Source of the DNA: an uncultured Verrucomicrobiae bacterium
GTDB taxonomy: Bacteria; Verrucomicrobiota; Verrucomicrobiia; Limisphaerales; Palsa-1400
DNA length: 64,000 nucleotides
Assembly (NCBI GenBank): GCA_963702845.1
Contig: OY969763.1
Location: 4,992,001 to 5,056,000, forward strand
Direction of reading: 5' to 3'
Shown here: positions 50,330 through 60,410 of the stretch, in pieces
How positions within the stretch are numbered: the stretch's first letter is position 1
Layout: every line of letters starts with the position of its first letter
Made by a program: the position numbers and the translations under genes
Notes under the pieces: generated by a model
What the model was told of the DNA's origin: nothing
The model's input: the letters and a program-made list of their open reading frames with translations, nothing else
Database searches by the model: none

Positions 50330-51310
50330 TTAATGTTCGCGTTTGAGTTCGCGGGTCATCAAATCGTGGACGGCGCGGCGGATGTCTTTGCCGCGATAAA
50401 GCATTTCGTGGACTTCGTCGATGATGGGGGTTTTGACGTTTACTTTGCGCGCGAGTTGGTAGGCGGAACGGGCGGTTGGGTAGCCTTCGGCGACGGTGAT
50501 GGTGCTGGCCAAGATGTCGGCGACTTTTTCGCCGCGACCGACGCGTTCGCCGAAACCGCGATTGCGGCTCAATTTTGAAAAGCACGTCACCGTGAGGTCC
50601 CCCAAGCCGCTGAGTCCGGCGAAGGTTTCGGTGTGGGCGCCGCACGCCACTCCCAAGCGGCGGATTTCCACGATGGCGCGGGTGACCAGGGCGGCTTTGG
50701 CGTTGTCGCCGAAGCCAAGGCCGTCGCCAATGCCGCCGGCGATGGCGACAACGTTTTTCACAGCGCCGCCCAGTTCGACACCGAGGACGTCGCTGGTCGT
50801 GTAAACGCGAAAGGAGGGTGTGCTGAAAAGATGTTGGACGGTTTTGGCGATTTCGATGTCGGGATGGGCGGCAACGATTGCGGCGGGAATATTTTGCGCA
50901 ACTTCCATGGCGAGGGTCGGTCCGGAAAGGGCGGCGGCGGAAGCGCCGGGCATGGTTTCGCGCAAAATGCCGGACATGGTAAGGCCGGTTTCGTATTCGA
51001 TTCCTTTGGTGACACTGACGGCGATGCCTTTGAAGTGCTCGAGGCCATTGGCGACTTCGCGAAAGTATTTCGATGGGACAGCGATGACGGCGCACTCGGC
51101 GGAGTGAATCGCTTTGTCGAGGCCTGGCTCGAAGTGGAGTTCCGGCGAAAGGGCGATGCTGGGTAGGTAACGATGGTTTTTTCCGGCACGCTTGACGATT
51201 TCGAGATTTTCAACGTCATGTCCCCACAACGTGACGGCGTGTCCGTTCTGACAAAGCAGATTTGCGAGGGCTGTTCCCCAGGCTCCCGCACCGACGACTG
51301 TAACGCGCAT
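50330..51310 (-). CDS. gpsA: NAD(P)H-dependent glycerol-3-phosphate dehydrogenase
   Basis: GAGAWGTALA, TKGIE, LSGPTLA, GGAVKNVVAI, GLSGLGDL.TC.S.LSRN, VAEG. Confidence 0.97.
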   Translation of the reverse strand: MRVTVVGAGAWGTALANLLCQNGHAVTLWGHDVENLEIVKRAGKNHRYLPSIALSPELHFEPGLDKAIHSAECAVIAVPSKYFREVANGLEHFKGIAVSVTKGIEYETGLTMSGILRETMPGASAAALSGPTLAMEVAQNIPAAIVAAHPDIEIAKTVQHLFSTPSFRVYTTSDVLGVELGGAVKNVVAIAGGIGDGLGFGDNAKAALVTRAIVEIRRLGVACGAHTETFAGLSGLGDLTVTCFSKLSRNRGFGERVGRGEKVADILASTITVAEGYPTARSAYQLARKVNVKTPIIDEVHEMLYRGKDIRRAVHDLMTRELKREH

Positions 51311-51311
51311 A

Positions 51312-51950
51312 TTACGTTTTCTTTTTGCCGATGCGGTTTTCGGTGCCGTTCATCAGACGTTGGATGTTGGCCTTGTGTTTGTAAATGGCGAGCGCGCCAA
51401 GTGCCGCGAGCGCGTAGACAATGGCGGGATAGCCGACGGATGCGGACGGACTGCCGCGCCAAACCCAGCCGGCGATGGGCAAACTAATGGCAGCAGCGAT
51501 CGAGGCGACGGACACATATTTCGTCCCGATGGCGAAAGCAACCCAAACGACAAGTGCCGTCAGACCGGCCAACGGGGACCATGCAAAAAGAACGCCGCCC
51601 GTGGTAGCGACACCTTTGCCGCCTTTAAACTTCAGCCAGCAGGTGTAGTTGTGACCAAGAATGGCGCCGATGCCGCTAAGGAGGGACAGGGTTTGTTTGG
51701 ATGCGTCCGGGAAGAATTTGATGAGAATTATCGGCACTAGCAGACACGCGAGCACGCCTTTGATGAAGTCGACGAGCAACACCACTATTCCCGGTCCTTT
51801 GCCGAGCGTGCGAAAAACATTGGTCGCGCCGATGTTGCCGCTACCGACTTTGCGCACGTCGATGCCTTTGGCTTTGCCCGCGAGATAACCCGTGGGCAGC
51901 GAGCCGATCAAGTATGCGGCGATAATGGCGATGATGTATCCGATGCGCTT
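51312..51950 (-). CDS. plsY: Glycerol-3-phosphate acyltransferase PlsY (start codon uncertain)
   Basis: YLIGSLP, GSGNIGATNVFR, GHNY, FKGGKGVAT, HKANIQRLMNGTE. Confidence 0.95.
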   Translation of the reverse strand, partial: KRIGYIIAIIAAYLIGSLPTGYLAGKAKGIDVRKVGSGNIGATNVFRTLGKGPGIVVLLVDFIKGVLACLLVPIILIKFFPDASKQTLSLLSGIGAILGHNYTCWLKFKGGKGVATTGGVLFAWSPLAGLTALVVWVAFAIGTKYVSVASIAAAISLPIAGWVWRGSPSASVGYPAIVYALAALGALAIYKHKANIQRLMNGTENRIGKKKT

Positions 51951-52015
51951 ACCTTTAATTCGTTGTGCGGCTGAGTCAACTGGTTTGTGGCGCGTGAGTT
52001 CAATTACGAAAAAAC

Positions 52016-52058
52016 GGCCTCCTCTCCCTGACCTCTCCTCCAACGGAGGTGAGGGCGA
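52016..52058. repeat. CCCTCTCC-type REP-like hairpin
   Basis: cctctccctgacctctcctccaacggaggtgaggg. Confidence 0.45.
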
Positions 52059-52117
52059 AGAACTGCGCGGCAGTTTTGCATTGCAATCGGGTGACGGTTC
52101 TCTTGTTCTTAGCGGTC

Positions 52118-52564
52118 GTGACTTTTCGTTTTCTGAAGTTTTGGTTACCAGTGGTTATCTGGATATTGGTAATTTTTACCGCATCAACCAACGTTGGGAC
52201 GCCGCAACATTCGTCGCGGTTCCTGCGACCATTGCTGCAAATTTTCAAACCTGACCTGAGCGAGGAGCAGTTTGAGAAAATTCATTATGCGGTGCGGAAG
52301 ACCGGACATTTCGTCGAATACGCGATTCTAGCGGCGTTGTTATGGCGCGCGTTGAAGACGGAACGGTGGTTCACCAATCTGATTCCGGGTGCACAATTTG
52401 TCGCTGTGTTGTTGCTGTGCGCTTTCTATGCCTCGACGGATGAGTTCCACCAGCGCTTTGTCAAAGGGCGCGAGCCATCGGTGCATGATGTGGTGCTGGA
52501 TTCCAGCGGCGCGGCCGTCGGACTGGTTGTTTACGGTTTAATGACACGAAAAAAGCGAAGGTGA
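52118..52564 (+). CDS. VanZ family membrane protein
   Basis: VRKTGHFVEYAIL, YASTDEFHQRFVKGR, DVVLDSSGA; start taken at GTG 52118. Confidence 0.88.
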   Translation: MTFRFLKFWLPVVIWILVIFTASTNVGTPQHSSRFLRPLLQIFKPDLSEEQFEKIHYAVRKTGHFVEYAILAALLWRALKTERWFTNLIPGAQFVAVLLLCAFYASTDEFHQRFVKGREPSVHDVVLDSSGAAVGLVVYGLMTRKKRR

Positions 52565-52565
52565 T

Positions 52566-54980
52566 ATGGGACGTCCGCTGCTCAGTGTAGCGGTGTTTTA
52601 TACGACGGGAATTCTCGTTGGGGAATTCTTGAGGGCGCCTTTGCTCGGGTTATTACTTGCGGCCGGCGTCGCAGCAGTTGGCGGGTTGGGGTGGCGGCGT
52701 GCGCGGCCAATATTTTTTGCGACTTTGTTCCTGCTTCTCGGATTGGCGAATACAACGTGGCGGACTTCCATTACTTCCCCTGCTGACTTGCGCGTCTTGA
52801 TCGGTGAAAAAACGGAGATGGTGAGCATCCGAGGCAAGTTGTTCGCCGCTCCTGCGGAACATATTTTTGAACGGCATCACGAAGAACAAATGCGAACGGT
52901 CGCTTACGTCGATGTGTCGTCGCTGGCGCACGGGACGAATTGGCAGGTCGCTAACGGGCAAGTCATCGTGATGACTCCGGGGGTGTTGGCGGATCATTTT
53001 TACAACGGACAAAATGTGCAGGTTAGTGGAGTGATCCTGCCGCCGAGCGGTCCGTTTGCAGATGGGTTGTTCGATTCAAAATCTTTCCTGAAGCGCAAAG
53101 GTATTTACTACCAACTTCGCGTGGCTTCTACGAATGATTGGCAGGTTGCAGGAGTTTCTGCGCCACAGCCGTTATCAGATCGATTTTTTGATTACGCGAA
53201 AAAGACGCTCGCGCTCGGTTTGCCCGTAGAAGATTTGCCGCTGCGATTGACGTGGACGCTGGTGTTGGATTGGAAAGCGCCAATGACGTCGACGGTGGAG
53301 GAACCCTTCGTCCGTGCCGGGACATTTCACATCTTTGCAGTCGATGGTCTGAGAATCGGCCTGATTACGATGATGTTCATCACACTGCTACAAGTGTTGC
53401 AGGTGCCGCGTCGATGGGCAGGCGTGCTGGCGGTTGTCGGAATTTGGTTTTATGTGGGCGTCACCGGGTTTCCTGCGTCAGCGATTCGTGCGGCGATTAT
53501 GGCGACGGTCGTTATTGGCGGATGGATTCTCAAACGGCCGAGCGACTTGATGAATTCGCTGTTTGCGGCGGCGTTGATCATTTTAATTTGGGACCCACAA
53601 CAATTGTTTCAGCCAGGATTCCAACTTTCGTTTTTGGTGGTGCTCTGCATTTTGCTGATCCTGCCGATCATTCACGAGTGGATGAAGAAGCCGTTTGCGC
53701 CAGACCCTTTTCTACCGCGGCAAATTTCGTCACAACAATTCTGGCATGGCGATTGGATTGCGTATCCGCGCACGTTTCTGATCGATAGTTTTGCAATCTC
53801 TCTTGCGGCCTGGCTCGGGTCGATTCCGTTGGCGGCATATTACTTTCACGTGTTCAACATCGTGAGCACGCCGGCCAATTGGGTGGTCGTGCCGCTGACG
53901 GCGTTGGCGTTGATCAGTAGTTTGGCAAGTTTGCTGATCGGTTGGTGTTTGCCGGGAACGGCTGCGCTCTTCAATCACGCGACTTGGGGACTGATGAAGT
54001 GCATCATCGTCATTAGCGATTACGCAGTCCACTGGCGACCAGCAGCGCTCAACGTTTCCGCGCCGACATTGCTGACGACGCTTTGGTATTATGCGGTGCT
54101 GCTCGCGTTGCTCACCGGTTGGATTTTTCGGACGAAACATAAACGGCTCGTCGTTGTTTCGCTCTCGTGTCTTACGGTCGCATGCTTTGTGCAATGGCTC
54201 ACGCCATCGCCGACGAAACTGCATGTGCTGCCGTTGGGTGGCGGTCAATGCGTGCTGGTCGATTCGGGCGGAGTAAAAACAGATTTGCTTGTCGACTCGG
54301 GCGATGAACAGAACGTGGAGCGGATTACGAAACCATTTTTGCAGGCGCAGGGTGTCAATTGGATTGATAGTTGTTGTTTGAGCGTGGCGCATGTAAGCGC
54401 GATGGGTGGGGTGGAAATTGTGCAGACGAATTTCTCTGTTAATCGCTTCGTGACGAGCGCGACAAAGAATCGGGCGATCGTCTACAAGAAAGTCGTTGCG
54501 GATTTGGATCAATTGCCAGAGGCGCGCAGGACTGTGAAAGCGGGAGATCAAATGTCTCGTTGGAATGTTTTGCATCCGGATGCTGACCAATTTTCGCGGG
54601 GGGACGACAATGCGGTGGTGTTGCAACGCACGATTGGCAAGACGTGCGTAATCCTCTTATCGACACTCGGGCGCGCTGGTCAGATTGCGCTGGCTGAGCG
54701 GCAACCAGACTTGCGCGCTGATATTGTGATTGCCGGGTTGCCCGCTAACGAAGAGCCGTTGTGCGGGCCGTTGCTAGATGTGCTGCGGCCTAAGCTCATC
54801 ATCATCGTTGATTCGGATTTTCCCGCGACGCGACGTGCGCCCGAAAAATTGCGAATGCGATTGGCGAATTCGAAGGCGCGGGTGATTTATTGCCGCGACG
54901 CGGGTGCGCTGACGTTTGCATTTAAATCGAACAGTTGGAAAGTAACGGACGCAAACGGGACTGTGCTCGAAACAAATTAA
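52566..54980 (+). CDS. comEC: ComEC/Rec2 competence channel (DUF4131 + Competence + degenerate MBL-fold)
   Basis: SAIRAAIM, PGFQLSF, WLGSIPL, ANWVVVP, LLVDSG, KPFLQAQGVN. Confidence 0.9.
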   Translation: MGRPLLSVAVFYTTGILVGEFLRAPLLGLLLAAGVAAVGGLGWRRARPIFFATLFLLLGLANTTWRTSITSPADLRVLIGEKTEMVSIRGKLFAAPAEHIFERHHEEQMRTVAYVDVSSLAHGTNWQVANGQVIVMTPGVLADHFYNGQNVQVSGVILPPSGPFADGLFDSKSFLKRKGIYYQLRVASTNDWQVAGVSAPQPLSDRFFDYAKKTLALGLPVEDLPLRLTWTLVLDWKAPMTSTVEEPFVRAGTFHIFAVDGLRIGLITMMFITLLQVLQVPRRWAGVLAVVGIWFYVGVTGFPASAIRAAIMATVVIGGWILKRPSDLMNSLFAAALIILIWDPQQLFQPGFQLSFLVVLCILLILPIIHEWMKKPFAPDPFLPRQISSQQFWHGDWIAYPRTFLIDSFAISLAAWLGSIPLAAYYFHVFNIVSTPANWVVVPLTALALISSLASLLIGWCLPGTAALFNHATWGLMKCIIVISDYAVHWRPAALNVSAPTLLTTLWYYAVLLALLTGWIFRTKHKRLVVVSLSCLTVACFVQWLTPSPTKLHVLPLGGGQCVLVDSGGVKTDLLVDSGDEQNVERITKPFLQAQGVNWIDSCCLSVAHVSAMGGVEIVQTNFSVNRFVTSATKNRAIVYKKVVADLDQLPEARRTVKAGDQMSRWNVLHPDADQFSRGDDNAVVLQRTIGKTCVILLSTLGRAGQIALAERQPDLRADIVIAGLPANEEPLCGPLLDVLRPKLIIIVDSDFPATRRAPEKLRMRLANSKARVIYCRDAGALTFAFKSNSWKVTDANGTVLETN

Positions 54981-56327
54981 TTAAGCAGCGACGGTTTTAG
55001 CCTTCTCTCCATCGGCCAGTGACACTTCCACAGGAGCGCGCTCGAAATCGTTGGCTTGCATGAGCAGCTGCTCTTTCAAGCCGCCGAGGGGCGCGATGAA
55101 TTTGTCGGGAATGATTTGCAGGCGCGTGTTGTAGTAGGTGGCGATTTCGTTGAAGTAACCACGGGCGAGCGCGATGCGCTGCTCGGTGTCGATGAGGTTC
55201 TGTTGCAGATTTAGGAACGATTGCTGTGCGGTCAGTTCGGGATAACGTTCGACAATCGCGATTAGAGTTTTGCTGGTGGCCTGGTAATCGGGGCCGGGGT
55301 GGCCGGGCGGCGTGGCGCCGAGCTGCGAGCGCAAGGTGGCAAGTTCGGTTTGAAGATTGCGTTCGTAATCGCGAAGGCCTTCGACGGTTTGGACGAGATT
55401 GGGAATGAGATCGTGACGGCGTTTGAGTTGCACGTCGACTTGCGACCAGCCTTGGCGAACGCGTTGGCGTAAATCGATCAAGGAATTGAAAACCATCCAA
55501 ACCCAACAACCGGCGGCGATGCCAAAATAAACAACACCAGTCATTACGAGAACAACGGGATTTGCCTGGCCAAACTGCAGGTAACCCAAAGCGTATGCGC
55601 CGACGAGAGAGAGAACGAATCCAAAAATGCCCCAACCCCATTCGCCCCAACCGAAGCTGCCACTGATTTGTTCTTCGGAACGGGTGGAAATCAAAAACAT
55701 CGGTGCATTTTTGTCGGCGGCGATTTCGGCAGCGACCATGTCCTCGCGTTCGCGCGCCTGGCCGATGACGTAAAGCGGCACGTGCAAAAAAATAGCTTGT
55801 TCGGTGAAACGGCGGCGGAAATCGGAATCGCTCACCGCGCCAGCTGGGCCTTTGCCATAATACAAGCCGCTAAGCGGGCCGCAGGTTTCGTCGAAGGTGG
55901 TTTGCGGCTCGATCTTCGCGTCGTCAGGAATCACGCGAACCACGCCGCAATCGTCCTTCAAATAAAACGCCTGCGTGTCGCTGCCGTTGGCGACGGTGGT
56001 CCAGCCGCTTTCGTGGCGGGTGCGGGTTTGGGTGCGACCTTCGTTGTCGGTGTAGGTTTCGGTGACGGTGCGCGACCAATGCTCTTCGACCGACCACGAA
56101 TAACAAACGCACGGTTGCTCGGCGAGGTAGCTGGTGAGAGGCGCTTCGGATTCGGCAGTGCCTTTGACTTCAACAAGCCCGATGAAGACACCGGTCGTTT
56201 TTGAAGTCGGCAAATCGTTGACCAAACGCTTGCAGCGGGCGGCGCGGATTGCGGCCCACAAACAGGCGAGCGCACCCACAAAGCCAATCCATGGGACGAG
56301 CGGCAGCCATTCGGGACCATTGGTCAT
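54981..56327 (-). CDS. GIDE-like domain fused to LemA
   Basis: N-terminal 'LPTSKT..V..GLVEVKG...FYLKDDCGVVRVIP'; C-terminal 'FNSLIDLR...WSQVDVQLKRRHDLIPNLV...ERYPEL...TEQRIALAR'. Confidence 0.85.
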   Translation of the reverse strand: MTNGPEWLPLVPWIGFVGALACLWAAIRAARCKRLVNDLPTSKTTGVFIGLVEVKGTAESEAPLTSYLAEQPCVCYSWSVEEHWSRTVTETYTDNEGRTQTRTRHESGWTTVANGSDTQAFYLKDDCGVVRVIPDDAKIEPQTTFDETCGPLSGLYYGKGPAGAVSDSDFRRRFTEQAIFLHVPLYVIGQAREREDMVAAEIAADKNAPMFLISTRSEEQISGSFGWGEWGWGIFGFVLSLVGAYALGYLQFGQANPVVLVMTGVVYFGIAAGCWVWMVFNSLIDLRQRVRQGWSQVDVQLKRRHDLIPNLVQTVEGLRDYERNLQTELATLRSQLGATPPGHPGPDYQATSKTLIAIVERYPELTAQQSFLNLQQNLIDTEQRIALARGYFNEIATYYNTRLQIIPDKFIAPLGGLKEQLLMQANDFERAPVEVSLADGEKAKTVAA

Positions 56328-56362
56328 ATCACGATGTTGTGTGAAGCGAGCTGAGTTGTGAA

Positions 56363-58867
56363 TTACAAAGCGGGCGCGGTTTTGGAATTCGCGAAGAAGT
56401 TTTTCACTTCCGCCACAGGATCTTTCACTACCAACTCCAACGCGGAATCATTGAACCAGTCGCGCGGCATGTGTGCGGCGTAAGGCTCTTGCACGAATCG
56501 CTGGCAGAGCAACGCGATCACGCCGCGATCTGTTTCGCTGCGGATTAAACGTCCGGCGGCCTGAACGACGCGGGTCATGCCCGGTTGCAAGTAGGCGTAT
56601 TCGAAACCGGCTTGCTCAGTTTCCTCAAAGTAGCAGCGCAAGAGTTCGCGTTCGAAGGAGATTTGCGGCAGACCCGGTGAAACGATGAAAACGCCGGACA
56701 GGAGTTCGCCGGGATAATCGACGCCTTCGGCATACATCCCGCCGAGCACTGCGAGCAGAAGATTCCCGGTGCCATTGCGGGTCGAAAGAATTTTAAAAAT
56801 TTCTTCGCGTTCTTTTTCGGAAAAGTCCGAGCGTTGCGCGAGCACGCGACTGCGCGTTGCGGGCAAACGTTCGTGGACCTTTTGCAAAAATGTGTAGCTC
56901 GGAAAAAGCGTGAGGACGTTGCCATTCTGCGCATCGGCCATTTGGGCGATGAGTTGGGAAATGCGACCGAAATTTTGTTCGCGCGCGGCGAAGGTGGTCC
57001 GCACTTGAGGCAGAATCATGATACGACGGTTCTCTTTGGGAAACGGCGGCGGCAGCGAAATGGCCGATGTGCGTTCTTTTTCCAACCCAAGCGTGCGTCG
57101 CACCACTTCCACCGGTGACAGAGTGGCGGATAGAAGCACGCTCGCAGAAACCGACTGAAACACCGGGCCGAGCGCGCGGGCTGGATCGAGGCAAACAATC
57201 GCGAGCCGTACACCCGCGGGCCGACGCTCAACAACGCACGAGAAACCCGGGCCGAACAGTGCTAGGACGGTGATGAATCGTTGCAGCGCGAAATGTGCTT
57301 CAACCAACGGATCGTCGGGCATCGCGAGTTTCTGTTCACGTTTCCATGACAGGTAGCGAACGAAGCGGCCTTCCCAGTTTCGCCATAGCACTTTGAGTGC
57401 GTCTCTCGGCGGTTGCGTTTCGGCGATCGATGTTTTTTCCGGCAGCAATTCCGCGCAGGTTTGTAACATCTCGCATGCTTCGTTAAACGACTCCGACAAA
57501 CCATCGACGAGATCCTCCGCAATTTCGGTCGAGTCGGTCGGCGTCAGCGACCACAGGTCCGGTTCGGCCTGCTGCCGCTTTTTCTTTTTTTTATGAGTGC
57601 GCAGGGTGGAGAGCCATTCGATGACATTACGGAACTGTTCCTCGAGAAGTTCGGGCGAAAAAATCTTTCGACCGCGATCAGGCAAGTTGTGGGCTTCGTC
57701 GATCAGCAGAACGGCTTGGTCCAAATCATCGCGACTGAGATGGCGCAAAGCCGTGCCGGGTTCAAAGACGTAATTATAATCGGCAACGACCGCATCGGCG
57801 CGGGCGGCCAGTTCGAGTTGAACTTCAAACGGGCAGACCTTCTCGCGTTTGGCTTCGGCAAAGACAATGTCTGGGTCGTAGTGCGCGTTTTCCTGACGAA
57901 GATGGTCGAGGATGCGGGACTTGTTCATCTTCTCGGCGTAGCCCTTCGCGTAAGGACAAAAGTCTTCGTGGCAAAGCACGCGGTCGTTGGCGCACATCTT
58001 TTCCTTGGCGCGCAATTGCACGGTGCGAAAAGCACCGCTCTCGTTCATGGCGCGAAATGCGGACACGGCCATTTTCTGCTGAAGGGTTTTGGACGTGAGG
58101 AAGACGACTTGTTTGCCGGTGATGAGACCGTGCGCGAGTGCGGGGTAAATTCCGGCGGCGGTTTTCCCAGAACCGGTGGGAGCTTCGGCCATGAGATGAC
58201 CGCCGGTCTCCATGGTCTCTCGAACGGCAGCGATGATGCGCTGCTGCCCGGGACGTGGGTTTTGGTGAGGGAACGGTAACGAACGCGCGGCGGTGGCTTT
58301 TAACTCGCGTTGCTTTGCTTCCTCGCGCCAGATGGCAAGCAGCGCCTGCAAGCGACGTTGCACCAATTTTTCTTCAACGGCGCTGTCGTATGTGAGCGAG
58401 ATGGGATGCTCGCGGTCGCTGACCAAATCGACATAAACTAACGAACCTTCGACTGGTTTGTTCCCGAGCAGTTGCCAGAGATGGCAATAAATCAGCAATT
58501 GCCGTCGGTGCTTTTCACTGCCGGTGGCCGAACGGCGCAGATCGTCGACAGCGAGATAACCGGATTTAAATTCTTCGATGAGCCAAGCGCCGGACTCGAG
58601 TTGGATGCAGCCATCAAGCCGACCCGTGACGTGCGCGGTCCAATCTTCAACGGCGATCTTTGCCTGGAGGAAAACTTCGCTGCGATAACCGGGTTTGGTC
58701 GCGATGCGTTGAGCCAGAACCCGGCTGTGTAATTCCGCGCCGAGGCCGAGGCGGTTCCAGCCTTCACCTTGCGCGAAGCCGATGCGCGGAAATGCTTCCT
58801 CTTCGGCTAACTCGCGGACGGAAACCTCGAAAATCTTGTTGGCTGGATCAAATTTCAACCGCGCCAA
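56363..58867 (-). CDS. XPD/DinG-family Fe-S helicase with N-terminal PD-(D/E)XK (RecB/Cas4-like) nuclease domain
   Basis: GRLDG..IEEFKS..QLLIY; APTGSGKT; C-x6-C-x4-C...CPF; ADYNYVF; DEAHNL; SATLSP; QAAGRLIR. Confidence 0.9.
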   Translation of the reverse strand: MARLKFDPANKIFEVSVRELAEEEAFPRIGFAQGEGWNRLGLGAELHSRVLAQRIATKPGYRSEVFLQAKIAVEDWTAHVTGRLDGCIQLESGAWLIEEFKSGYLAVDDLRRSATGSEKHRRQLLIYCHLWQLLGNKPVEGSLVYVDLVSDREHPISLTYDSAVEEKLVQRRLQALLAIWREEAKQRELKATAARSLPFPHQNPRPGQQRIIAAVRETMETGGHLMAEAPTGSGKTAAGIYPALAHGLITGKQVVFLTSKTLQQKMAVSAFRAMNESGAFRTVQLRAKEKMCANDRVLCHEDFCPYAKGYAEKMNKSRILDHLRQENAHYDPDIVFAEAKREKVCPFEVQLELAARADAVVADYNYVFEPGTALRHLSRDDLDQAVLLIDEAHNLPDRGRKIFSPELLEEQFRNVIEWLSTLRTHKKKKKRQQAEPDLWSLTPTDSTEIAEDLVDGLSESFNEACEMLQTCAELLPEKTSIAETQPPRDALKVLWRNWEGRFVRYLSWKREQKLAMPDDPLVEAHFALQRFITVLALFGPGFSCVVERRPAGVRLAIVCLDPARALGPVFQSVSASVLLSATLSPVEVVRRTLGLEKERTSAISLPPPFPKENRRIMILPQVRTTFAAREQNFGRISQLIAQMADAQNGNVLTLFPSYTFLQKVHERLPATRSRVLAQRSDFSEKEREEIFKILSTRNGTGNLLLAVLGGMYAEGVDYPGELLSGVFIVSPGLPQISFERELLRCYFEETEQAGFEYAYLQPGMTRVVQAAGRLIRSETDRGVIALLCQRFVQEPYAAHMPRDWFNDSALELVVKDPVAEVKNFFANSKTAPAL

Positions 58868-58904
58868 TTATAACCGATTGAGCGACGGCGTGATATTTTT
58901 TTCC

Positions 58905-59198
58905 CTACTTTACGTTGAGCCTACTTGCGACTTCAGCGACTGACATGTCCGCAACGAAAATCAATTTATGCCGCGAAGTTTTTCCTTTCGCCACTTGAAC
59001 ATTGCTTTTTGCACAGCCGAGTGTGTCGGCCAGCAGTTTAATTACTGCTTCGTTGGCGGCAGCGTCCACAGGCGGCGCAGTGACTTTGATTTTCAACTCG
59101 TCGCCTGACGCTGGACCGATTTCGTTCTTTGAAGCCCGCGGCTGGACTTTGATTGCAATGTAAGTCCCGGCCGGATTTGGCTTCAGAAACGCGCTCAT
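58905..59198 (-). CDS. DUF167 (YggU/UPF0235) protein
   Basis: VQPRASKN, VTAPPVDAAAN, GKTSRHK. Confidence 0.9.
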   Translation of the reverse strand: MSAFLKPNPAGTYIAIKVQPRASKNEIGPASGDELKIKVTAPPVDAAANEAVIKLLADTLGCAKSNVQVAKGKTSRHKLIFVADMSVAEVASRLNVK

Positions 59199-60379
59199 TA
59201 ACTTTGGCTTAAGCGCTTCTTGGGCTCTTCGAACATCATCTCGTGCGCTTCACGGAGGACACCGGGGATGCGTTCAGCAAACGGGTTCCTGGCACACGCG
59301 CGGATAACTTTTTTGTCATCGAACGCCGTCGCATTTTGGCCGGGGAACCAGTGGTCGGCCTGGCCGAGGAGGTTGTAGCGCATCTTGCCCCATGTCACCA
59401 GGTCGAGCGATTTCGCATACGTCCAGAGACGCAAAATTTCCGAAACGTTGATGTCGCCAGGAATGTCGAAGTGTTCGGGCAACCCTTCGTGCCAGCGCGC
59501 GCACCAATCGGCGCCGAGCACGAATTTCATTTGGTCACGTAAACGTTTTTCAATCGGCGCAATCGTCTGGGGAATGTTATCGTAATACTCGAGCGCGGCA
59601 ATGTGCTCGTCGAAATCGGACGGCTTGGACGCGCCACAACTCAGGGTGTGAACCTCCGACCGCGCGAGACAAAAGAGGTCATTGAACTGCATCGGCGACA
59701 GCGGCGCGCACAGGTCGACCAAAGTTTGGGGCGGTTCGTAAAGTTTTCCGCCTTTGTCGTTCGGGCTGATGATGAACACGCCCATGTCGCGCTCAGTCGC
59801 GGCTTTGACCGCCGGCCAATTCAGGTGATTGACGAAATACCAATGAAGATTGATGTAATCGAACTCGTCGCTTTCGATGGCCTGACAAATCACGTCAGTG
59901 GTCGCATGCGTGGAAAAGCCGATGTGTCGAACGCGTCCTTCTTTTTGCAACTGGCGCGCGACTTCGAGACAGCCGCCCTGCTTCAACGTCCAATCGAGCA
60001 ATTCACGATTGTTGATACCGTGAATGCCGAGCAGGTCCACGTAATCGAGCTTCAGGTATTTGAACGATTGCTCGAACGTTTCGAGAAATTCTTTGGCCGT
60101 CGCTTTTGGGCTGACTTTGGTTTGAACAATAATTTTCTCGCGCGGCAATTTCGGCAGCACGTTGCCAAGTTGCATTTCCGACGTGCCGTAGCCACGAGCG
60201 GTTTCGATGTGATTGATGCCGAGTTCGATTGCGCGGTGAATGGTCGCTTCGAGGTTCGCCTGGTTGTCGGCGGGAATCTCACTGGGCACGACATCCTGCC
60301 ATTTATACTGGTAACGCATCCCCCCGCAACTGATGACGGGCATCTGCAATTCAGTCCTCCCAAATCTGCGATAGCGCAT
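59198..60379 (-). CDS. Aldo/keto reductase family oxidoreductase
   Basis: [32 protein letters not shown]; start taken at ATG 60379. Confidence 0.9.
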   Translation of the reverse strand: MRYRRFGRTELQMPVISCGGMRYQYKWQDVVPSEIPADNQANLEATIHRAIELGINHIETARGYGTSEMQLGNVLPKLPREKIIVQTKVSPKATAKEFLETFEQSFKYLKLDYVDLLGIHGINNRELLDWTLKQGGCLEVARQLQKEGRVRHIGFSTHATTDVICQAIESDEFDYINLHWYFVNHLNWPAVKAATERDMGVFIISPNDKGGKLYEPPQTLVDLCAPLSPMQFNDLFCLARSEVHTLSCGASKPSDFDEHIAALEYYDNIPQTIAPIEKRLRDQMKFVLGADWCARWHEGLPEHFDIPGDINVSEILRLWTYAKSLDLVTWGKMRYNLLGQADHWFPGQNATAFDDKKVIRACARNPFAERIPGVLREAHEMMFEEPKKRLSQS

Positions 60380-60410
60380 AATCGGGGATTGTGCATACAA
60401 TTGACCTCCC

